From Gemmatimonadota bacterium (GTDB taxonomy: Bacteria > Gemmatimonadota > Gemmatimonadetes > Gemmatimonadales > GWC2-71-9): DNA of 64,000 bases. The notes beneath the pieces are model-generated. The model did not search any database. It was not told the DNA's origin and saw only the letters and a list, made by a program, of their open reading frames with translations. The DNA lies in contig JBDHAF010000002.1 of the NCBI GenBank assembly GCA_039588255.1, forward strand, positions 33,688 to 97,687, read 5' to 3'. Shown one piece after another: positions 57,677 to 64,000 of this stretch (its first letter is position 1; each line of letters starts with the position of its first letter). The translations under genes and the position numbers were made by a program.

Positions 57677-58805
57677 GCTGGGTCTCCTCATCCTGGCGGC
57701 CCTGAGCCTCCCACCGACGTTGGAGGCTCAGGGTTTTCAATTGAGCGGCCATCTGTTCGCCGTGATCGAGGGTGACACGGTCCCGATGCGCAATCACTGG
57801 GTGACGCTCCACGAGGTCACCAGCGCCGGTGGACGGGTGGTGGACTCTGTGCGAACGGATGCATTGGGTGTGTATTTCCTCCGCTCGCCGGCGCGGGACA
57901 CCACCGCCATGTATCTCTCGAGCGTATCATTCCGCGACATCGCCTATTTCTCCGATCCCGTCAGGTCCGCGGCCTTCACCAGCGACACGGCGAGCACGCT
58001 GTTCGTGTACGACACATCGAGCGTCGGCCCGCCCATTCGAGTAGTGGAGCGACACGTTGTGGTTCGGGCACCGGAAGTCGACGGATCGCGCTCCGCCCTC
58101 GAGGTGTTGGTGCTGGAGAATCCGGGATCGCGGACCCGAGTGACCAACGACACGGCCAACCCGGTATGGCAGGGTGCGATCCCGGACGGAGCGCTGGGGT
58201 TCGAGGTGGGACCGTCGGACATCAGTGCGGCCGCCCTGTATCGACGCGGCGATGTGGTGGCGCTGTCGGCAGCGATGCCGCCGGGCCCGGTGAACCAGCG
58301 GCGCGTGGTTTTTGGATACATTCTGCCGAGGGGTATGCGCGACCTGGTCATCCCCGTGGATCAGGATGTGGGACGCCTCCAGGTGCTCGTCGAGGATCCT
58401 GCGGTGGAAATGCTCGGCGGACCGCTGCGCCCGCAAGGGGCCGAGTTCATGGAGGACGTGCAATTCATGCGGTTTGACGGCACCGATCTGATAGCCGGTG
58501 CTGACCCGTCGTTCCGCCTGTCGGGCGGATCGAGGTCGCTCCCCGTGCTGTTGTGGCTCATTCTCGCCATGTCCGCCGTTGCCATGGCGGTGGTCTTCAC
58601 TGTGTGGCTCCGGCGCCCACGTATTGCCACTGTCCTTGGCGGCGATTTGGACGTGTTGGCCGCCCAGGTGGCGGCCCTCGACGAGCGCTTTGCCGCGAAG
58701 GGCGCCAATCCCTCCGAGGCCGAGCGGGAAGCGTATCGAGCGGAGCGCGACGCCCTCAAGGCCAAGTTGTCAGAGGCTCTTGCGCAGCGGGACAGCGCCG
58801 GGTAG
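57597..58805 (+). CDS. Exported protein with a C-terminal membrane anchor and cytoplasmic coiled-coil tail, unknown function (start uncertain)
   Basis: Signal-like LGLLILAALSLPPTLEA-QG and a beta-rich N-domain resembling a carboxypeptidase-regulatory-like fold (LSGHLF..GDTVPM..HWVTLHEV...TDALGVYFL). TM helix LPVLLWLILAMSAVAMAVVFTVWL, then an Ala/Glu/Arg coiled coil. GTG 57597 is the nearest canonical start; it lies 80 nt inside the upstream gene. Confidence 0.55.
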   Translation: MRRSIPTPSRNTSRIWTLRTSASSLRKLGLLILAALSLPPTLEAQGFQLSGHLFAVIEGDTVPMRNHWVTLHEVTSAGGRVVDSVRTDALGVYFLRSPARDTTAMYLSSVSFRDIAYFSDPVRSAAFTSDTASTLFVYDTSSVGPPIRVVERHVVVRAPEVDGSRSALEVLVLENPGSRTRVTNDTANPVWQGAIPDGALGFEVGPSDISAAALYRRGDVVALSAAMPPGPVNQRRVVFGYILPRGMRDLVIPVDQDVGRLQVLVEDPAVEMLGGPLRPQGAEFMEDVQFMRFDGTDLIAGADPSFRLSGGSRSLPVLLWLILAMSAVAMAVVFTVWLRRPRIATVLGGDLDVLAAQVAALDERFAAKGANPSEAEREAYRAERDALKAKLSEALAQRDSAG

Positions 58806-58829
58806 GCTTGAGACGACAATCGAAGTTTG

Positions 58830-59005
58830 GCGAACGGCGAGAAACGGAAACCGGTGTGACTCCGGTGCGGCCCCGCCACTGTAACGGACTGTAGTAGATC
58901 GGCTCAACGGCGCCACTGGGAAACTGGGAAGGCGAGCCGATAGTCCGAAGTCAGGAGACGTCACCGTTCGCTCCACTGAGACACCCTCGCGGGAGGGTGG
59001 TGGAG
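58830..59005 (+). promoter_or_regulatory. Cobalamin (B12) riboswitch plus expression platform
   Basis: P1 pairs 58830-58841 with 58960-58971 (11 of 12 bp). The conserved core GGAAACCGGTGTGACTCCGGTGCGGCCCCGCCACTGT is present, with a second GCCACTGGGAAACTGGGAAGGC element and a B12-box-like AAGTCAGGAGAC. Downstream, CTCCAC (58971-58976) is complementary to GTGGAG (59000-59005), which contains the GGAG Shine-Dalgarno of btuF. Confidence 0.9.
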
Positions 59006-59012
59006 CCTTCCA

Positions 59013-59939
59013 ATGCTGACGCTCACCATCCTGCACGTGCCAGGAGTGGGCGTTTTGATTTTTCGACTCCGCCAGAGCCTGTTGTGGATCGTAGCGGCAA
59101 CGAGCATCGCCGCCTGCGACCGGACCGCCGATGTCGCCGGTGACGTCGTCGATGATTTCGGCCGGCGCGTCGCTTTGACGGAGCCGGCACAGCGAGTGGT
59201 GTCGTTGTCGCCCGCCATCACGGAGTTGCTGTTTGCGATTGGGGCTGGGACCCGTGTGGTAGGCCGCACCCAGTTCGACAAGTATCCGCCGGCCGTCGCC
59301 GAAATCCCCGACGTGGGCGACGGACTCGATCCCAATATCGAGCGCGTGGTCGCTCGGCGGCCCGACTTGGTGGTCTTCTACGCGTCGAACGCCAACGAGC
59401 GGGCCATTGGGCGACTCACCGACATCGGCATCGCATCGGTGAGCATCCGCTTGGACAGCCTGAACAGCGTCGCACGAGGGGCGCGCCTGCTCGGCAGTCT
59501 GACGGGCACGGCCCAGCGGGCCGAGAGCGTCGCGCGGGATTTCGAAACCAGGCGGGATTCCGCCCTGAGGGCACCGCGGCCCGCCCTGACCGCTCGGGTT
59601 CTCATCCTGGCGTGGGACAACCCACCCATCATCATCGGCGCCCGGAGCTTCTTGTCAGAGCTGGTGGAGCTTGCCGGGGGAGAGAACGTGTTTGCCGACG
59701 TGGACGCCCCGTCGGCCACGGTTGCCGTCGAGACCATCGCGGAGCGGGATCCGGATGTGATCGTATTCTTCGCCGAGGATGCGCCCACGTTCGCCGAGCG
59801 CCCCGAGTGGCAGACGATTCCCGCCGCTCGCGGGCGCAAGTTCGTTTTTCTCGAGGGCTCCGAGTTCGAGTACCCGTCTCCTCGAGCGTTTCAAGCGCTG
59901 CAAACGTTGCGTGGGGCCCTGTCGGAGGTCGTGCGGTGA
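59013..59939 (+). CDS. btuF: Periplasmic cobalamin/siderophore-type ABC substrate-binding protein (BtuF-like lipoprotein)
   Basis: Lipobox SIAAC. The pattern RVVSLSPAITELLFAIGAG..VVG and DLVVF is typical of the Peripla_BP_2 family. It sits directly behind a B12 riboswitch. Confidence 0.82.
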   Translation: MLTLTILHVPGVGVLIFRLRQSLLWIVAATSIAACDRTADVAGDVVDDFGRRVALTEPAQRVVSLSPAITELLFAIGAGTRVVGRTQFDKYPPAVAEIPDVGDGLDPNIERVVARRPDLVVFYASNANERAIGRLTDIGIASVSIRLDSLNSVARGARLLGSLTGTAQRAESVARDFETRRDSALRAPRPALTARVLILAWDNPPIIIGARSFLSELVELAGGENVFADVDAPSATVAVETIAERDPDVIVFFAEDAPTFAERPEWQTIPAARGRKFVFLEGSEFEYPSPRAFQALQTLRGALSEVVR

Positions 59940-60907
59940 TCCGGTGGGTGGCGCTCTTGGGGTTGGGCGCAGGTGCTCTCGTCGCCGGCGTCGCCCTCGG
60001 CCCGGCGGACATCTCGTGGTCCGAATCCCTCGCTGGGTTGTGGGGCAGGGGCGACGACACTGTCGTGACGATCGTACGCGAGCTGCGGGCGCCACGCGTC
60101 ATGCTGGCGTTCCTCGTCGGCGGATGCCTGGCCGTGACGGGCGCCGTCCTCCAGGCCCTCGTGCGTAACCCACTGGCGGATCCGTATCTCCTCGGGCTGT
60201 CGGGCGGCGCCGGGGTCGGGGCCGTGCTCGCCATCGCCCTGCACTTGGGGGGTGCATGGGCGGTTCCCGCCGCGGCATTTGTCGGCGCGCTCGTAGCCAT
60301 CAGCCTCGTCTACCGGCTGGCGCTGGTGGCGGGTGCCGGTATCGATCCCCGGGTCCTCCTCTTGGCGGGTGTGGTGGTGAGCGCGTTCGGCGGGGCGATC
60401 CTGGGGGCCATTTTCTCCCTTTCGTCGGCCGCGGAGCTGCGCAACGCGATGCTCTGGTTGCTGGGCGGCTTTGACGCGGCGTCATGGAAGGTGTTGGGAA
60501 TGTTCTCGAGCTACGCGGCCGTCCCGGTCGTGTATCTGTATTACACCAACAGGCCCCTCGATCTGATCTCCCTGGGAGAGGAACCCGCACAGTTTCTTGG
60601 TGTCGACGTCGAGCGAGTGAAGCGCCAGCTCTACGTTGCCGCGTCGCTGTTGACGGCGGCGTGCGTCGCCGTGTCGGGAATCATCGGTTTTGTGGGTCTC
60701 GTCATTCCCCACGCGGTCCGCATGGTGCTGGGGCACACTCATCGCACCTTGCTGCCGGCGGCCTTCCTGCTCGGCGGGGCGCTCCTCGCCTTGGCCGATG
60801 CGGTGGCGCGCACCGCGTTCGCGCCGCGGGAGCTCCCCGTGGGTGTGGTCACCGCGCTGGTCGGCGTTCCGGTTTTTGCCATGCTGTTGCGACGATGGAC
60901 GACGTAA
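59936..60907 (+). CDS. btuC: FecCD-family ABC permease (BtuC-like)
   Basis: 323 aa polytopic protein with RELRAPRVMLAFLVGGCLAVTGAVLQALVRNPLADPYLLG and the C-terminal GVVTALVGVPVF motif. GTGA overlap with btuF. Confidence 0.88.
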   Translation: MIRWVALLGLGAGALVAGVALGPADISWSESLAGLWGRGDDTVVTIVRELRAPRVMLAFLVGGCLAVTGAVLQALVRNPLADPYLLGLSGGAGVGAVLAIALHLGGAWAVPAAAFVGALVAISLVYRLALVAGAGIDPRVLLLAGVVVSAFGGAILGAIFSLSSAAELRNAMLWLLGGFDAASWKVLGMFSSYAAVPVVYLYYTNRPLDLISLGEEPAQFLGVDVERVKRQLYVAASLLTAACVAVSGIIGFVGLVIPHAVRMVLGHTHRTLLPAAFLLGGALLALADAVARTAFAPRELPVGVVTALVGVPVFAMLLRRWTT

Positions 60908-61704
60908 TCCTCGAGGGTGTGGACCTCCGGTACCGGTACCCCGGCGTTGACCGGGAGGCGGTCGCGGGCGTGTCGTTGCACGTCCGCAAGGGTGAGATGG
61001 TGGGCATCGTCGGTCCCAACGGGAGTGGGAAGACCACGCTGTTGCGGCTCTTGGTGGGCATCCTGCGTGCCCAAGGGGGTGGGGTCACGGTTGGCGGCAG
61101 GGCCATCGAGGAGTGGAAGCGACGCGAGCTCGCTCGGCTCGTCGGCGTGGTGGCACAAAGGGAAGAGCCTGCGTTTCCGCTGACGGTGGGGCAGGCCGTA
61201 CTCCTGGGCCGCTACCCCCACATGGGCGCCCTCGCCGCACCCGGGCCCGGCGACGTGGAGGCGGTCCGGTCGGCGCTCGAGCGGTGCGACGTGGCGCAGT
61301 TGACCGAGCGGTGGCTCGCAACTCTCTCCGGCGGCGAGTGGCAACGGGTGCGAGTCGCCCGGGCGTTGGCCCAAGAGCCGCAGGTGTTGATGCTCGACGA
61401 GCCGACGGCAAGCCTCGATGTGCGCCACGAGATGGAGGTGTTCGAGCTCGTCTCCGATCTGGTGCACCGCGATCGCCTGGCCGGGGTCGTCGTCACACAC
61501 CACGTCAACCTGGCGGCCCGGTTCGTCGATCGGGTCGTGGTCATGGAAGGTGGTCGGGCCGACGCGGTCGGGCCCCCCGCCGAGGTCCTGACGCGCGAGG
61601 TGCTCGAGCGCGTGTTCGGGTGGCCGGTGGAAGTCGGTATGTGGAAAGGTGTCCCGCAGTTCGTACCGCTGCGATCTGCGGAAATTTCAGAAGAAAGTGA
61701 GTGA
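60895..61704 (+). CDS. btuD: ABC transporter ATP-binding protein (BtuD/FepC-like)
   Basis: GPNGSGKTT Walker A, LSGGEWQRV signature, and LMLDEPT Walker B. Confidence 0.9.
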   Translation: MDDVILEGVDLRYRYPGVDREAVAGVSLHVRKGEMVGIVGPNGSGKTTLLRLLVGILRAQGGGVTVGGRAIEEWKRRELARLVGVVAQREEPAFPLTVGQAVLLGRYPHMGALAAPGPGDVEAVRSALERCDVAQLTERWLATLSGGEWQRVRVARALAQEPQVLMLDEPTASLDVRHEMEVFELVSDLVHRDRLAGVVVTHHVNLAARFVDRVVVMEGGRADAVGPPAEVLTREVLERVFGWPVEVGMWKGVPQFVPLRSAEISEESE

Positions 61705-61710
61705 GCGACG

Positions 61711-63657
61711 ATGTGGCGTAGAGCTCTGGTTGGATTGATGTTCGCGACGGTGGGATCCCTCACCGAGGCGCGGGCGCAAGAGGCACAGGATACCACACGC
61801 CTGGAAGACATCACCGTCACCGCCACCAAGGTGCCGGTCTCGGCGAGCGCGCTGGCCTCGTCCGTTTCGGTGCTCCATGGCGAGGACCTCCGTCAGCAGG
61901 GGATCAGGAACGTGGCCGATGCGCTTCGCTCCGTCCCCGGTTTGAACGTCGTGCAGAACGGGTCGTTCGGGGCGGCAACGTCTCTCTTTCTCCGCGGGGG
62001 AGAATCCGATTACGTGCAGGTGCTCATCGACGGTGTCGCCGTGAACGATCCGGGCGGTGCGTACGACTTCGCCAACGTCACAACCACCAATGTCGAGCGG
62101 ATCGAGATTCTCCGCGGTCCCGCGAGCGTGCTCTACGGATCGGACGCAACGGTGGGCGTGGTCCAGATCTTCACCAAGCGCGGTGATGGGCCGTTTCGCG
62201 TGAGTGCAGGTGGTCGCGCCGGCACGTACGGGTCGGTGGGGTTCGATGCGGAGGTTTCCGGTGCGACGGACCGCACCAACTACACTGTAGCCTTCGATCG
62301 GTTCGCCACCGACGGCACGTACGATTTCAACAACGATTACGACAATGCCGTGGTGAGCGGTCGCTTCCAAGTGCGTCCCGACGACGCCACCGATCTTGCG
62401 CTCTCGTTGCGGTATCAGGACAGCGAATTCCATTTTCCCACGGACGGCTCCGGCAACCTCGTGGACCGCAACGCCTTCACGTTGAACGAGGCGACGACCA
62501 TCGGCGTCGAGGCGGGGCGGTTTCTCACTGACCGCGTCGAGGCGAGGCTGGCGCTGGCGTCCAACGTGATCAGCGGCGGCTTCAACGACAACCCTGACGA
62601 CGAGAACGACACGCAGGGATTCTTTGCCTTCCGCAGCATCCAAGATCTGAGCCGGCAAAGCGTGGACTTGCGCACAAACGTCTACCTGGACGACGGCGTG
62701 ATCCTCACCGGGGGAACTCAGCTCGAGCAGCAGGAGGAACGGAGCTTCAACGAGTCGGAGAGCGAATTCGGCCCCTCGAATGGTTCCACGGACGTGGAGC
62801 GGTCCAATCGAGCGTACTACGCCCAGCTCCTGGCGCAGGTGGCGGGCCTCTCTGTGGTCTTGGGTGGCCGCCTCGACGACAACGAGGCCTTCGGGACATT
62901 TGGAACGTATCGTGCGGCAGCCAGCTATGGCTGGTCGGGAACGAAGCTACGCGCGTCGGTGGGGAGGAGCTTCAAAGCCCCCACCTTCGTGGAGAACTTC
63001 GCGACGGGGTTTGCCGTGGGGAATCCGGACCTCGATCCGGAGCAGACATTCTCCTGGGAGGTGGGCCTCGAGGAGATCCTCTTCGACGGCCGCCTCACCC
63101 TCCGCGGCACGTACTTCGACCAGACCTTCGAAGATTTGATTCAATTCTCGTTCACGGAAGTTCCCAATTTCGTCAATATTGCGGAAGCGGACGCGTCTGG
63201 GTTCGAAGGGGAAGTGACTGTCGCGCCGGTGTCGGGTCTCTTTCTCTCGTCCAATTACACCCACTTGAAGACGGAGGTGATCGGCGCAGGCTTCGACTCC
63301 GGTGACGGGGCCACCTTCGTCGAGGGTGCGCGCCTGTTGCGGCGCCCGACCACGACGATCAACGCCACCGCGTCGTACCGCGGGTGGGACCGAGGTACGT
63401 TCAACCTGGTGGTGAATCACGTCGGCGACCGGGACGACCGGGATTTCGGCTCGTTCCCCGCCACGCCGGTCGTGCTGCCGGCGTACACCACCGTGGATGT
63501 GTCCGCTCAGGTCGATCTCCTGGGGCAACGCTCGACTCCTCTGATGCTCACTGGCACGCTGCGGGTGGAAAACGTCTTTGACGAAGCATATGAGGGGGCG
63601 TTCGGCTTTCCGGTTCGTGGGCGCACCGTGTACCTGGGAGGCCGGGTGACCCGATAA
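61711..63657 (+). CDS. btuB: TonB-dependent outer-membrane receptor (BtuB-like)
   Basis: Signal peptide, TonB box EDITVTAT, plug domain (IEILRGPASVLYGSDATVGVVQIFTK), and 22-strand-type barrel repeats. The terminal segment FGFPVRGRTVYLGGRVTR is less canonical than usual. Confidence 0.85.
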   Translation: MWRRALVGLMFATVGSLTEARAQEAQDTTRLEDITVTATKVPVSASALASSVSVLHGEDLRQQGIRNVADALRSVPGLNVVQNGSFGAATSLFLRGGESDYVQVLIDGVAVNDPGGAYDFANVTTTNVERIEILRGPASVLYGSDATVGVVQIFTKRGDGPFRVSAGGRAGTYGSVGFDAEVSGATDRTNYTVAFDRFATDGTYDFNNDYDNAVVSGRFQVRPDDATDLALSLRYQDSEFHFPTDGSGNLVDRNAFTLNEATTIGVEAGRFLTDRVEARLALASNVISGGFNDNPDDENDTQGFFAFRSIQDLSRQSVDLRTNVYLDDGVILTGGTQLEQQEERSFNESESEFGPSNGSTDVERSNRAYYAQLLAQVAGLSVVLGGRLDDNEAFGTFGTYRAAASYGWSGTKLRASVGRSFKAPTFVENFATGFAVGNPDLDPEQTFSWEVGLEEILFDGRLTLRGTYFDQTFEDLIQFSFTEVPNFVNIAEADASGFEGEVTVAPVSGLFLSSNYTHLKTEVIGAGFDSGDGATFVEGARLLRRPTTTINATASYRGWDRGTFNLVVNHVGDRDDRDFGSFPATPVVLPAYTTVDVSAQVDLLGQRSTPLMLTGTLRVENVFDEAYEGAFGFPVRGRTVYLGGRVTR

Positions 63658-63703
63658 CCGGAGTGTCTGCTGCCGGGGTTGGTTCCGAGGTACATTTACG
63701 CCC

Positions 63704-64000
63704 ATGGCAGTGGTCTCCACCCCCGCAATCGTGTTGCACGCGTTTCCCTATGGGGAATCCTCGAAGATCGTGCGTCTCGCCACGCCCGGTCACGGGGTGT
63801 TGAGCGCGATCGCCAAAGGCGCACAGCGCACGAAGAGCAAGTTCGGAGCCCGTCTGCAACCCATGAGTGACGGGATCGCACAGCTCTACATCAAACCCAG
63901 CCGCGAGCTCCAGACCCTGGCGGAGTTCGATGTCGAACGGGAACGTCTCGCACTGTCCCACGACCTGGCCCGGTATGCGTCGGCGTCGGCAGTGGCGGAG
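63704..64000 (+). CDS. recO: DNA repair protein RecO, 5' part (continues beyond the window)
   Basis: Not in the ORF track because there is no stop in the window. Hand translation from ATG 63704 gives MAVVSTPAIVLHAFPYGESSKIVRLATPGHGVLSAIAKGAQRTKSKFGARLQPMSDG..., the typical RecO OB-fold N-terminus. Confidence 0.85.
   Translation, partial: MAVVSTPAIVLHAFPYGESSKIVRLATPGHGVLSAIAKGAQRTKSKFGARLQPMSDGIAQLYIKPSRELQTLAEFDVERERLALSHDLARYASASAVAE

Overview
The window is GC-rich with a strong G/C third-codon-position bias and looks like bacterial chromosomal core. The gene order reminds me of Gemmatimonadota-like diderms, but that is inference and I cannot verify it here. I support 63 CDS, 2 tRNAs, 1 intrinsic terminator and 1 cobalamin riboswitch. 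Every gene except mazG is on the + strand. In order, the content is:
- tail of a chemotaxis operon (two CheW-domain genes plus a TPR protein);
- tRNA-Val and tRNA-Asp;
- a complete dcw cell-division and cell-wall cluster (rsmH-ftsL-ftsI-murE-murF-mraY-murD-ftsW-murG-murC-ftsQ-ftsA-ftsZ) followed by an M23 peptidase;
- ftsY, recG, asnS, mazG, alr-deoB-cdd;
- a lipoprotein and beta-barrel protein pair;
- mtaB-miaB, comEC, fbp, and a stand-alone methylmalonyl-CoA mutase catalytic subunit;
- purM-ribD-ribE-ribBA-ribH-nusB running without real gaps into a glycosyltransferase, hpf, hprK, a full mannose-family PTS, ptsH and ptsI;
- metK-ahcY;
- a cobalamin riboswitch controlling btuF-btuC-btuD-btuB;
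- the 5' end of recO.

I found no CRISPR array, transposase, integrase, or recognisable toxin-antitoxin or defence genes, and no compositional island. I therefore cannot honestly name a new biological system here. The loci most worth follow-up are:
- the hpf-hprK-PTS module and the 15-gene gapless array it ends;
- the translationally coupled lipoprotein and beta-barrel pair (31667-34008);
- the orphan Bat-like VWA membrane protein (21290-23116);
- the Trp/Arg-rich small protein after recG;
- several start-site and overlap oddities (rsmH abutting a terminator, comEC overlapping fbp, and the 57597-58805 gene having no canonical start downstream of its neighbour's stop).

Many ORF-track entries are N-terminally over-extended or are antisense artefacts of the GC bias. 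Starts were re-picked by hand, and the uncertain ones are flagged.
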